DNA of 64,000 nucleotides. It comes from Vicinamibacteria bacterium (lineage in GTDB: Bacteria; Acidobacteriota; Vicinamibacteria; Marinacidobacterales; Marinacidobacteraceae). A program made the translations under genes and the position numbers. The notes below the pieces were generated by a model. The model ran no database searches and was not told the origin of the DNA. It saw only the letters and a list, made by a program, of their open reading frames with translations. Where the stretch lies: contig CAXXLQ010000004.1 of assembly GCA_963668695.2 (NCBI GenBank), forward strand, positions 2,976,001 to 3,040,000. The letters are read 5' to 3'. Shown in pieces: positions 1 through 9,147 of this stretch (position 1 is the stretch's first letter; each line of letters opens with the position of its first letter).

Positions 1-663
1 GAACTGGATCGAATGAATCGTCGTTTCCCCGAGCTTTACGAGGTCCAGCGCTTCCGAGAACATGAGGGTGGAGCGGGAGTCGGCGCCGTCGCTGAACACC
101 GCCAGCGTCTTCCTGCCGTCGTAGTCGTACACGCGGTCGAGGAACGTGGCGACCGCGTCGTAGAGCGCCGTCCACCCCTCGGCTTCGATCTCGTAGATCC
201 GGTTCGAGATGGTGCGCTGGTCGTCGCTTGAGTACTCGGAAAGCCAGATGTTCTCGTCGAAGCTGATGACGAACAGATTTTCGGTCCTCGGGATGTTGGT
301 GAGGAATTTGATGGCCGCCTCGTGCAGGAGCGACAAGTCCTCCTCCATGCTGCCCGATGAATCAAGAAGCAGGCCGATTACCTGTTTTTGCGAAAGCTCC
401 TCCTTCTGATCCGGCGGGAGATCTACCCACGATTCCTCGAGTCCGGCGCCGAAGACGAGGATTTCCTGCTCCACGCCGTCCTCGAGGACGCGGAAGTTCT
501 GGGCGCCGAGTCCCGTGATGAACTCTCCATCGTCCGTGGTGACCGCCACCGGTACCGAGACGAGATCCACCCCCGCTTCGAACCGGAAGATCTCCTGTTC
601 CTGGGCAGGCGCGGCGGAGGCGAAGAGCGCCAGCCCCGCGCCGGCGAGAGGCATCCGGATCAT
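1..663 (-). CDS. VWA domain-containing protein (Acidobacterial VWFA type), runs off the window edge
   Basis: Manual translation from ATG at 663: signal-like N-terminus, FEAGVDLVSVPVAVT, MIDAS-like LLLDSSGSM, GWTALYDAV, VFSDGADSRS. Not in the ORF track because no stop falls inside the window. Confidence 0.85.
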   Translation of the reverse strand, partial: MIRMPLAGAGLALFASAAPAQEQEIFRFEAGVDLVSVPVAVTTDDGEFITGLGAQNFRVLEDGVEQEILVFGAGLEESWVDLPPDQKEELSQKQVIGLLLDSSGSMEEDLSLLHEAAIKFLTNIPRTENLFVISFDENIWLSEYSSDDQRTISNRIYEIEAEGWTALYDAVATFLDRVYDYDGRKTLAVFSDGADSRSTLMFSEALDLVKLGETTIHSIQF

Positions 664-808
664 GCGCCGGATTCTCCCACTCGGTGCCGAGACGGCGCGA
701 GCGCCGCCCTTGGCAGGCGGTCGCAAAAGGCAGCCGGCATCAGTCCGCGGCGCGGAGCGCTGCGTGGGGGGAGAGGGGGTGAGGAGGGGTTTCCCCAAGG
801 GTCGTTAG

Positions 809-1029
809 CAGCCTGTGGTGAAACTCTGAAGGCATCCATTCGCGGCGCGCAGCGCCGCGGGGGTGGGGTGTGGGGAGGGGTTTCCCCTCCCCACGAAAGA
901 CGGTGGAGTGAATCGCGCAGCGATTCGCCCCACCAACCTGTGGTGAAAGCGCCCCGCACGCACACAAACCCCCAGATTCGGCGCGCGGGACGTCCCGGGG
1001 CCCGTGCGGGGTGCTTTCACCACAGGCTG
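809..1029. mobile_element. MITE-like element family B, copy 1 (221 bp)
   Basis: Ends CAGCCTGTGGTGAAA...TTTCACCACAGGCTG, flanks TTAG/TCAG, internal hairpins; homologous to 3267-3487. Confidence 0.75.
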
Positions 1030-2895
1030 TCAGATGAGTCCCGCCACGCTCCGAATGGCAAGGTCAAAGCGGTTGAAGGGCGGCATCACGTAGACGCCGG
1101 CGGCGCTCTCCCGCGCCGCGGCCACCATGTCCCGGGCGACCGAGACGCCGACCTCTCGCGCGCGCTGCCGGGACGGCGCCGCCGCCAATCTGTCCCGGAC
1201 CGATTGCGGGACGCTCATTCCCGGAACCTCGTTGTGGAGGAACTCGGCGTTTCTGGAACTCACCAGCGGAAGGACCCCCACGATCACGGGAACTCCGAAG
1301 TGGCGCACCTCGGCCAGGAATCTATCGAGCAGGCTGGATTCGTACACCGGCTGGGTGAGGCAGTACTGAGCGCCGGCCTCCACCTTCTTCTCGAACTTGC
1401 GCATCTCGGCATCCGGGTCGGCGGCCGCCGGGTTCGCACCGACCCCGATGTAGAAGGGAAGGGCGGCGCCGAGAGGGTTTCCGGCGAGGTCGAGGCCGTG
1501 GTTCAGGCCGCCGAGGATGCGGACGAGGCCTACCGAGTCCACGTCGAACACCGGCGTCGCGTGCGGGTAGTCCCCGAGCTTCGGCGGGTCGCCGGTGACG
1601 GCGAGCAGATTGCGGATGCCGAGAGCGTGAGCCCCCAACAGGTCCGCCTGGATTCCGATCAGGTTGCGGTCCCGGCACTGGTAGTGGAGGATCGTCTCCA
1701 CCTGACCGCTCCGCTCGAGAAGCGCCGCGAACGCGATGGCGCTCATGCGGGCGGTGGCCCTCGGTCCGTCCGCCACGTTCACGAAGCGGATGCCGGCATC
1801 GGCGAGTGCCCGCACCTTGTCGAGGAACTTGCCGGGATCGGCGCCGCGCGGGGGATCCATCTCCACCGAGACGGCGAATTCGCCGTCCAGCAGGTGGCGC
1901 GCGAGGCTCGAACGGTCGGCCACCTCGACCGCGGCAACCCCGGCAGGTTCCGTTTCCTCCGAGACTCTGGCGGCGGCCGGCAACGGCGCCTTGACGCGCG
2001 CCGCCCGGGAGGCGGCGGACGCCGCCCGGACCACGCCGGCAACGGCGCCGATATGTTCGGCGCCGGTGCCGCAACATCCGCCGATCAGCGACACCCCGAG
2101 CCGGAGATACCGCTTCGCATAGTGGGCCACGTAGTCGGGAGACGACGGATACAGGAAGCGCCCCTCGACCCGCTCCGGAATGCCGGCGTTCGGCTGGGCG
2201 ACGAGCGGGAGACTCACCGCGTCCCGCATGCGCTCGAGGGCCGTGAGCGTGGTGTCCGGCCCCACCCCGCAGTTCGAGCCGACAGCGTCAGCGCCTTCCC
2301 GGGCAAGCGACTTCGCCGCCTGGTCCGCCGAAACGCCAAAGAGAGTCGTCGCCTGTTCGGAAAACGTCATCAGCACGATGACCCCGATGTCGGGCGCCAA
2401 CTCTCGCGCGGCAGAAAGCGCGAGACGCGCCTCGGCAAGGCTGGTGAAGGTCTCGATCAGGACGGCGTCCACCCCGCTCTCGACGAGTGCGCTGATCTGT
2501 TCCCGGAATCCCGCGGCGAACTCCGGGGGCTTCTCCTCGTCGAGCGGACCGACGACTTCGCCGCTCGGTCCCACGGATCCGAGGACCAGCACTCCCGGCC
2601 GGACCGCGCGGCGCGCCACGGCAACTCCGGCGGCGTTGATGGCCGCAACTTCGGAGGCGAGACCGTGCCGGCCGAGCTTCCAGCGATTCGCCCCGAAGGT
2701 GTTGGTGCTGACCACCTCGGCACCGGCCCCGACGTGGGCGGCGTGGATCGCCCGGACCCGGTCCGGGTCGGAGCGATTGAGATCGTCGAACGACCGCCTC
2801 GCCGCGACCCCGCCGGTATAGAGCGCCGACCCGATCGCGCCGTCGCCGACCCGGGGCCGTTCCCGCAAGAAAGCGGTCAGTTCGGAACGCCGCAT
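1030..2895 (-). CDS. yitJ: Bifunctional homocysteine S-methyltransferase / methylenetetrahydrofolate reductase
   Basis: N-terminal HMT domain (DGAIGS, TNTFGAN, GSNC, IGGCCGT) fused to an MTHFR domain (SVEMDPP, CRDRN, VTGDPP, TQPVY). Confidence 0.92.
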   Translation of the reverse strand: MRRSELTAFLRERPRVGDGAIGSALYTGGVAARRSFDDLNRSDPDRVRAIHAAHVGAGAEVVSTNTFGANRWKLGRHGLASEVAAINAAGVAVARRAVRPGVLVLGSVGPSGEVVGPLDEEKPPEFAAGFREQISALVESGVDAVLIETFTSLAEARLALSAARELAPDIGVIVLMTFSEQATTLFGVSADQAAKSLAREGADAVGSNCGVGPDTTLTALERMRDAVSLPLVAQPNAGIPERVEGRFLYPSSPDYVAHYAKRYLRLGVSLIGGCCGTGAEHIGAVAGVVRAASAASRAARVKAPLPAAARVSEETEPAGVAAVEVADRSSLARHLLDGEFAVSVEMDPPRGADPGKFLDKVRALADAGIRFVNVADGPRATARMSAIAFAALLERSGQVETILHYQCRDRNLIGIQADLLGAHALGIRNLLAVTGDPPKLGDYPHATPVFDVDSVGLVRILGGLNHGLDLAGNPLGAALPFYIGVGANPAAADPDAEMRKFEKKVEAGAQYCLTQPVYESSLLDRFLAEVRHFGVPVIVGVLPLVSSRNAEFLHNEVPGMSVPQSVRDRLAAAPSRQRAREVGVSVARDMVAAARESAAGVYVMPPFNRFDLAIRSVAGLI

Positions 2896-2936
2896 GAACC
2901 GCTCCAACTCGCGGTGTTCGCCACCGGCAGGGTTAG

Positions 2937-3187
2937 CAGCCGGTGGTGGAACCCGGGTGAGCGCCGAGGCCGGTGAGGCCCAGTTCTCCCGGTGGGGCCA
3001 GTTCTCCCGGTGGGGGCCCGGCTGACAAGGCGCGTGAGGGAGGAGCCCCCACCGGGAGAACTGGCCCGGGTGTATTTCGACCGAAACGCAACGACGAACG
3101 GCGCGAAGCGACGCGGTTCAGCCGGGATGGATCGCCGGCCGAGCCCCCACCGGGAGAACTGGGCCGGCTGGGTTTCACCACAGGCTG
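2937..3187 (-). mobile_element. MITE family A copy, 251 bp = 179 + 4 x 18-bp module
   Basis: TIRs CAGCCGGTGGTGGAACCC / GGGTTTCACCACAGGCTG with a TTAG direct repeat on both sides. Confidence 0.85.
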
Positions 3188-3266
3188 TTAGGCTCAGCAG
3201 GAGGCTGCGAGAGTTCGACGGTGCGTCCCCCCGGCCGACGGGTTTCCGCTTCCTTCGGGTCGAAAG

Positions 3267-3487
3267 TAGTCTGTGGCGAGAGCCGGGCGGCATCGGCTCG
3301 CGGCGCGGAGCGCCGCGGGGGAGGGGTGTGGGGAGGGGTTTCCCCGCCCCACGAAAGACGATGGCGCGGATCGCGGAGCGATTCGCGGCATCAACCCGCG
3401 GGGAGAGCGTCCCGCACGCACAAACTCCGCGCGATCCGACGCGTCTGTCGTCGCGGGAACCGTGCGGGAGGCTCTCCCCACGGGTCA
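3267..3487. mobile_element. MITE-like element family B, copy 2 (221 bp, diverged)
   Basis: Colinear with 809-1029 and the same length; shares GGGGTGTGGGGAGGGGTTTCCCC-CCCCACGAAAGACG. Confidence 0.7.
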
Positions 3488-3796
3488 GTAGCCGACCACC
3501 CAACGGTGATCTGCCACGAAGCGGAAACCCGAAGCCAGCGGACGGAGGCCGAGTTCGGCGACCAGCGAGCGGGAGAAGGCCCGCCCCAGGATGGCGTTCA
3601 CGTCCTCGCCGGTGCTCTTCGCCTGCTCTTCGGCGGCGGTGGAGGCGAGATCGGTGACGAGCATCGTGCCTTCAACGGTTTCGCTCCCGGAGACGGCCTT
3701 CACCGACCAGGGCTGATGCTTGTCGGTGTCGGTGCGTTCGGCGATTTCCACGGCGCCCGTCCAGCGGGCGCCACGGCCTTCAAAGCTGACCTGCAT
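3485..3796 (-). CDS. Small hypothetical protein (103 aa)
   Basis: MQVSFEGRGARW...HRWVVGY. This is the unique, protein-like part of ORF 3485..4228; the upstream part is MITE read-through. Confidence 0.55.
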   Translation of the reverse strand: MQVSFEGRGARWTGAVEIAERTDTDKHQPWSVKAVSGSETVEGTMLVTDLASTAAEEQAKSTGEDVNAILGRAFSRSLVAELGLRPLASGFRFVADHRWVVGY

Positions 3797-3814
3797 GGGG
3801 TGGAATTGTATTAG

Positions 3815-4265
3815 CAACCGGTGGGCAAAGTGGCGTGAGCGCCGAGGCCGGCGAGGCCCAGTTCTCCCGGTGGGGGTCCGGCTGACAAGGCGCGTGAGGA
3901 AGGAGCCCCCACCGGGAGAACTGGCCCGGGTGTATTTCGACTGAAGCGCAACGATGAGCGACGCGAAGCGGCGCGGTGAACAGCCGGTGGCGGAACCCGC
4001 GTGAGCGCCGAGGCCGGTGAGACGCCCGGCTGACAAGGCGCGTGAGGAAGGAGCCCCCACCGGGAGAACTGGCCCGGGTGTATTTCGACCGAAACGCAAC
4101 GATGAGCGGCGCGAAGCGACGCGGTCAGCCGGGATGGATCGCCGGCCGAGCCCCCACCGGGAGAACTGGGCCGCGTGGGTTTCATCACGGGCTGTTTGGC
4201 CGGGATGAATCGCCGGCCGAGCCCCCACCGGGAGAACTGGGCCGCGTGACTTTGTTCACAGGCCG
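3815..4265 (-). mobile_element. Nested MITE family A pair (outer 3815-4265, inner 3981-4194)
   Basis: The outer copy is interrupted at about 3980 by a complete second copy. Outer net length 233 = 179 + 3 x 18; inner 214. Confidence 0.8.
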
Positions 4266-4267
4266 CT

Positions 4268-5332
4268 CTAAGGAAGAGCGGGTGGTTCGAAGATCTGGGG
4301 ACCGCTTTGGCAGTCGAGGGACTCGAGGAACGCCACCAGGTCTGCGATCTGCTCATCGCTCAACTCGCGGTCCATGAGTTCGTCGGTGTCCAGATAGGGA
4401 TTGGCCAATCCGCCGCTCGCCATCAGGCGCACGGCTTCCTCGAGCGTCGCCACGCTTCCGTTGTGGAAATACGGAGCGCTTTTCGAAACGTCGCGGAGGG
4501 TGGGGGTCTTGAAGGCTCCCTGGCAGGGTTCGTCCAAGGTGGCGCCGCAGATGTCCTCCTCGGTCACCCGACCCCGGCCGAGATCGGGTTCCTCGGCGTC
4601 CATTCCGATGCCCGTGTTGTGGTAACTCAGGTCGGTGAACAGCACCCCGCTGTGGCAGGTCGCGCAACCGGCGCCGGCGGTGAAGAGTTCCGCCCCGCGC
4701 ATCCCCTGCTCCGACATGGCCGACGCGTCGCCCCGCCGCCAATCGTCATACGCGCTGTCCCCGCAGTAGAAGGCTTCGCGCTCGAAGGCGGAGATTGCCT
4801 GCACGACGTTGTCGGGAGTGGCCGGGCCGCCGAAGACGGCATCGAACTGTTCCGCATAGCCGGAGATGGCGTTCAACTCGGCAACTACGGCATCGGCGTC
4901 GGCGCCCATGTTCCCGCCGGTCCAGGCGGCGCGGGCCTGCGCTTCGAGCGAACCGCTGCGACCGTCCCAGTAGAACTGTGTGTGGTACGCGATGTTCCAC
5001 AGCGTCGGACTGGAACGAGTGAGGACCCGGCCGAGGGCTCCTTCGGCGACCACTTTTCCGTCGGTCAGGCCGTTCTCAACGAGGTGACAGCTATAGCAGG
5101 ACCGGCTCCCATCCGCCGAGAGGCGGGTGTCGAAGTAGAGCTGCTTCCCGAGGGCGACTTTTGCCGGCGTCTGGGGATTGTCGGCGGGGATTACGGGGCT
5201 CTCGAAATCCGCGGGCGGCCCGGGAACGAAGGGAGGAGGGGCAGCCTCCTCGGCAGGCTCCTCAGCCGCCGGGGTGCAGGCGAGGGCGGCAGCGATCGCC
5301 ATGAGAACGGTGAGAAGTGACAAGAGCCGCAT
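4268..5332 (-). CDS. Di-heme cytochrome c peroxidase (CcpA/MauG family), probable lipoprotein
   Basis: Two CxxCH motifs (CYSCH, CATCH), LGKQLYFDTRLS, FYWDGR, AFKTPTLRD, APYFHNGS; lipobox-like ALAC. Confidence 0.92.
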   Translation of the reverse strand: MRLLSLLTVLMAIAAALACTPAAEEPAEEAAPPPFVPGPPADFESPVIPADNPQTPAKVALGKQLYFDTRLSADGSRSCYSCHLVENGLTDGKVVAEGALGRVLTRSSPTLWNIAYHTQFYWDGRSGSLEAQARAAWTGGNMGADADAVVAELNAISGYAEQFDAVFGGPATPDNVVQAISAFEREAFYCGDSAYDDWRRGDASAMSEQGMRGAELFTAGAGCATCHSGVLFTDLSYHNTGIGMDAEEPDLGRGRVTEEDICGATLDEPCQGAFKTPTLRDVSKSAPYFHNGSVATLEEAVRLMASGGLANPYLDTDELMDRELSDEQIADLVAFLESLDCQSGPQIFEPPALP

Positions 5333-5528
5333 TGCAGTACCCCGCTTCGGAAACGTGGACTCGGGAAGCTCCGAATGCTACCAGTCGAGGCTGCCCGGGA
5401 CGCGCCGGAGAACGCCCCCGGGAGGGCGGCGCCACCGGGCTTTCAGGCGAAAGCAGCGGTCGGCATTCCGGCTGCCGCGCTCGCTCGCTCCCGGACCGCA
5501 GGGGGGGTCGCCTCTCCGCGGGAGGCGA

Positions 5529-5552
5529 TGCCGGCCAGCGGCCGGCATTCCC
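5529..5552 (-). repeat. Short REP-like palindrome
   Basis: GGGAATGCCGGCCGCTGGCCGGCA on the minus strand; same pattern as 21482, 21570, 42971, 44061 and 54887. Confidence 0.55.
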
Positions 5553-5606
5553 TGGGGTCCACTTCCAAGCGGGCAAAAAACCGATGGCCTCGAACCCTGT
5601 TCGCTG

Positions 5607-5736
5607 CCGGCGATGTCGCTGCGCGCCGCTCATCGTTGCGTTTCGGTCGAAATACACCCGGTATTCCTCCCTCACGCGCCTTGTCGGCCAGGCGCCTCAC
5701 CGACCTCGGCGCTCACGCGGGTTTCACCACCGGCGG
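5607..5736 (+). mobile_element. Partial MITE family A copy (left end missing)
   Basis: CGTTGCGTTTCGGTCGAAATACACCCGGTATTCCTCCCTCACGCGCCTTGTC...GGGTTTCACCACCGGCGG followed by CTAA. Confidence 0.75.
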
Positions 5737-5761
5737 CTAAGACGCGATAGGCTCCGGCGAC

Positions 5762-6589
5762 GTGTCTCGCCGAGGGGTTCTTGCCGCCGCTTTGGTTCTC
5801 GTGGGGGTCGCCGCGCTCGGGGGCACCCTACTGATCCGGGGTCCGCTCGCGGTGACGCAACCGACACCCGGGCAGCTCCGCGAGATGCTGGCGGATGCGA
5901 TCGGGGACGATCTCGGACGCCCTGTCTTCGGGAAACCGCCGGTCCATGATTTCTATTTCACCCGCGCCGCCTACACGAGCTACGGCTGGCGCGGATGGCA
6001 CGTGGACTACCCGAAGGCGGACCGGCAGTTCCTGATCGGGCTCCGGCGGCTCACGAACCTCGACTCCTATGAGAACGAGAACGGAGTCCTGCTGACGGAT
6101 CCGGACCTCGGGAAATACCCCTTCCTGTACACGGTCGAAGTTGGATACATGGCGATGACGGAGGAGGAGGTCCTGGCGCTACGGCGCTATTTGCACCTGG
6201 GGGGTTTCCTGGTTGTTGACGATTTCTGGGGTACCGCCGAGTGGGCGAATTTCGCGCACGAAATGGGGCGGGTCCTGCCCGGCCGGCCGATCGAAGACAT
6301 TCCCCTCGACCATCCCGTGTTCCGCTCCTTCTACGAGGTGGACGAAATCGTCCAGGTGCCGAATGTGGGCCAGGGGATGCGCGGCGGACCGACATGGGAG
6401 CGAGATGGCTACCAGCCCGTGGTGCGGGGCATCTTTGATGACCAGAGACGGCTGATGGTGCTCGTGAACTGGAACACCGACCTCGGGGACGCCTGGGAGT
6501 GGGCCGAGAACCCCTATTACCCGCTGCACTTCTCCACCTATGCCTACGAAATGGGAATCAACTTCATCATCTACGCGATGACTCACTGA
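5762..6589 (+). CDS. DUF4159 domain protein
   Basis: WHVDYPKAD, YPFLY, LRRYLHLGGFLVVDDFWG, HPVFRSFY, NTDLGDAWEW, MGINFIIYAMTH. Confidence 0.88.
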   Translation: MSRRGVLAAALVLVGVAALGGTLLIRGPLAVTQPTPGQLREMLADAIGDDLGRPVFGKPPVHDFYFTRAAYTSYGWRGWHVDYPKADRQFLIGLRRLTNLDSYENENGVLLTDPDLGKYPFLYTVEVGYMAMTEEEVLALRRYLHLGGFLVVDDFWGTAEWANFAHEMGRVLPGRPIEDIPLDHPVFRSFYEVDEIVQVPNVGQGMRGGPTWERDGYQPVVRGIFDDQRRLMVLVNWNTDLGDAWEWAENPYYPLHFSTYAYEMGINFIIYAMTH

Positions 6590-6610
6590 CTTCCGTTTAC
6601 AAACCTTTAG

Positions 6611-6789
6611 CAGCCTGTGAACAAAGTGACGCGGCGTTCGAGCGGCGATGCATCCCGGCTGAACCGCGTCGCTTCGCGTCGCTCATCGTTGCGCTTCGGT
6701 CGAAATACACTGGGTATTCCTTCCTTGCGCGCCTTGTCAGCCGGGCGCCTCACCGCTCTCGGCGCTCACGTCACTTCATCCACAGGCTA
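6611..6789 (+). mobile_element. MITE family A copy, 179 bp, no module
   Basis: CAGCCTGTGAACAAAGTGACG...CGTCACTTCATCCACAGGCTA; flanks TTAG/CTAG. Confidence 0.85.
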
Positions 6790-6792
6790 CTA

Positions 6793-9147
6793 GTGTTCCT
6801 CGCGGTATTTGAGTGGCTGCTGGGCAGCCCCCCGGTCGCCTTCGAGCGCGGCCAGGTGGAACTGCTCGTTCCGTGGGGTGTTTTCTGGATCGCCGCCGGA
6901 CTGGTCGGGGTGCTCGTTTTCTTCCTGCTCGGCTATCGGCGCCTGGGAAGACGGCTCGGGCGGATGGGCCGCGTCCTGCTCGGGGCAGCGCGCGCCGCCG
7001 CCATCGCACTCGTTCTCCTCTGCCTGCTTCGGCCGCAACTCGTGTTGTCTCTGGTGGTGCCGCAGGAAAACGTCGTGGGTGTGCTGCTGGACGATTCGCG
7101 GAGCATGCAGATCGCCGACGCCGAAGCAGGGCTTCAGCGGAGCGAAGCCCTGCTGGCGGCATTTCCCGACGCCGGGAGCGAGGACGAGGACCGGACGGCT
7201 CTCGGTTCCCTCCTGCGGGAGAAATTCGTAACCCGACTCTTTCGCTTTTCCGAGACCACCGAACGGGTCGAGAGGGCTTCGGAACTTCGATTCGCCGGGG
7301 CGCGGACCGACGTGCTCGGGAGTCTCGCCCGGGTAGCCGATGAACTCGCTTCGTTGCCGGTCGCGGGGGTCGTGCTGGTCAGCGACGGTGCGGACACAGT
7401 CGTCGGAGGCGCGGAGGACGAGCTCGACCAGACCCTGCTCGACCTGCGGACGCGGGGGATCCGCGTCTACCCGGTGGTCCTCGGTCGTCCCGAGTTCGAG
7501 ACCGATCTGGAACTCGGCGCGCCCGACGTCCCCCCAAGGGTCCTTCGTGGCTCGCTGCTGGAAATCCGGGTTCCGCTGCGGGCGCGCGGGCTTCAAGGGC
7601 GCACGGCACGGGTGGAGGCTCTCGACGAGGGTCGGATCATCGCCACGGAGACGGTCCGTTTTGCGAGCGACACGGTGGAAACCACGGTGACGATCCTGGC
7701 GCCCGCTGAGGAAGCGGGCGCGCGGCGGTTGCGCTTTCGCGTAGCCCCGTTCCCCGGCGAAGCGCTGACTCGAAACAACGAGCAGAGCGTGCTGGTCGAG
7801 GTGGACGATCGGCCGCTCAAACTGCTCTATTTCGAAGGACAGCCGCGTTGGGAACTGAAATTCCTGCGGCGGGCGGTCGCAGGCGATCCCGAACTTCACG
7901 TTTCCTGCCTGGTACGCACGGCCGAGGGAAAGTTCTACCGGGTGGACGTAACGAGCGCCGAAGAACTGGCGGGAGGATTCCCGGATACCCGCGAGGAACT
8001 CTTCGGCTATGCGGGAGTGATCCTCGGCAGCGTGGAGGCAAGCTTTTTCAGCCAGGACCAACTCAACATGCTTCGGGATTTTGTGAGCCAGCGAGGTGGT
8101 GGTCTTCTGACGCTGGGGGGAACGATGGCCTACGGCGAAGGGGGATACCGGGATACCCCACTCGCGGAGATCCTGCCCCTGACGCTCCCCGAGACGCCGA
8201 CCTCTTCCCCGAACCCGACGGACCCACCTGTCCCGGCGGCCTTCCGCGAATTGCGCGTTCTCCCCACGCGGGCCGGTTCCCTCCATCCGGTCGTGCGGCT
8301 TGATCCCGACCCCCTGGTCAATGAGGACCGCTACCGGAACCTTCCTCCGCTCTCGAGCGTCAACCGGTTCGCGGAGCCCAAGCCCGGGGCGGCGGTATTG
8401 CTCGAGGGTTTGGGTCCCGGGGAGGAACCCGAGCCGGTGCTGCTGATCCAGAGGTTCGGTCGTGGCCGCTCGGCGAGCTTGACGGTGCAGGATTTGTGGG
8501 TGTGGCAGATGGACGCGGCAATCCCCGTCGACGACCAGACACACGAAGTGCTGTCGCGGCGCCTGCTCCGTTGGCTGGCCGCGGATTCTCCGCGGCGGTT
8601 GGAGGTGTCCGCATCCCCGGCCAAATCGCTGGTCGGCGAACGGGTCACCCTGCGGGCCCGCGTTGAGGACGAACGGTTCCTCGCGGTGAACGATGCCGTT
8701 GTGGAGGCGGAAGTCACGGGACCGGACGGTGTCATTACCGCGGTACCGCTGCGCTGGACCGGGCAGGGGGACGGCGAGTATTCCGGCGTCTATGTCACTG
8801 AGGGAGCCGGAACGCATGAAGTGGAAGTACGCGCCGACGGGGCCGGTCTCGCGCAGGACTCCGAGTCGCCTCGAGCTGGAACCCTGTTCGAAGCCGGGAA
8901 CGTGGACGACGAGTTCTTCGACGCGGAAGCGGATCCGAATCTGCTCTCGCGGATCGCGGACGCGACCGGCGGCCGGGTGTTCAAGGCGGGGGAGGCCGAA
9001 CAACTGGTGCTGGACCTCAGTCTCGCGGATTCGGGAACCACGGTCGTCGTCCGCCGGGAGTTGTGGAATGTTCCGGCGGTGTTTTTGATGTTGTTCGGGC
9101 TGCTCGCCGCTGATTGGGGCGTCCGGCACGCCCGGGGCCTTCCGTGA
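6793..9147 (+). CDS. Membrane protein with VWA-like and class I glutamine amidotransferase-like domains (MoxR operon partner)
   Basis: Two N-terminal TM helices, LLDDSRSM, LVSDG, LYFEGQPRWELKFLRR, FVSQRGGGLL and a C-terminal TM helix. Start uncertain; GTG at 6793 chosen. Confidence 0.82.
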   Translation: MFLAVFEWLLGSPPVAFERGQVELLVPWGVFWIAAGLVGVLVFFLLGYRRLGRRLGRMGRVLLGAARAAAIALVLLCLLRPQLVLSLVVPQENVVGVLLDDSRSMQIADAEAGLQRSEALLAAFPDAGSEDEDRTALGSLLREKFVTRLFRFSETTERVERASELRFAGARTDVLGSLARVADELASLPVAGVVLVSDGADTVVGGAEDELDQTLLDLRTRGIRVYPVVLGRPEFETDLELGAPDVPPRVLRGSLLEIRVPLRARGLQGRTARVEALDEGRIIATETVRFASDTVETTVTILAPAEEAGARRLRFRVAPFPGEALTRNNEQSVLVEVDDRPLKLLYFEGQPRWELKFLRRAVAGDPELHVSCLVRTAEGKFYRVDVTSAEELAGGFPDTREELFGYAGVILGSVEASFFSQDQLNMLRDFVSQRGGGLLTLGGTMAYGEGGYRDTPLAEILPLTLPETPTSSPNPTDPPVPAAFRELRVLPTRAGSLHPVVRLDPDPLVNEDRYRNLPPLSSVNRFAEPKPGAAVLLEGLGPGEEPEPVLLIQRFGRGRSASLTVQDLWVWQMDAAIPVDDQTHEVLSRRLLRWLAADSPRRLEVSASPAKSLVGERVTLRARVEDERFLAVNDAVVEAEVTGPDGVITAVPLRWTGQGDGEYSGVYVTEGAGTHEVEVRADGAGLAQDSESPRAGTLFEAGNVDDEFFDAEADPNLLSRIADATGGRVFKAGEAEQLVLDLSLADSGTTVVVRRELWNVPAVFLMLFGLLAADWGVRHARGLP

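Noticed and set aside
388-2976. 862-aa plus-strand ORF and other long antisense ORFs (e.g. 6790..9129, 18507..20813, 45921..48389, 56124..58628)
   Set aside because: These are shadows of well-supported genes on the opposite strand, typical of high-GC DNA, with no family motifs.
2937-4265. Clustered 18-bp repeats as a CRISPR array
   Set aside because: The repeats occur in both orientations, the intervening sequences are themselves repeated MITE sequence rather than unique spacers, and there are no cas genes.
2933-4377. Short ORFs with recurring peptides (QFSRWG, RSKYT, PTGRTG, HRLL) as a protein family
   Set aside because: They are translations of the MITE. They are only credible where fused in frame to a real gene, as at 39456.
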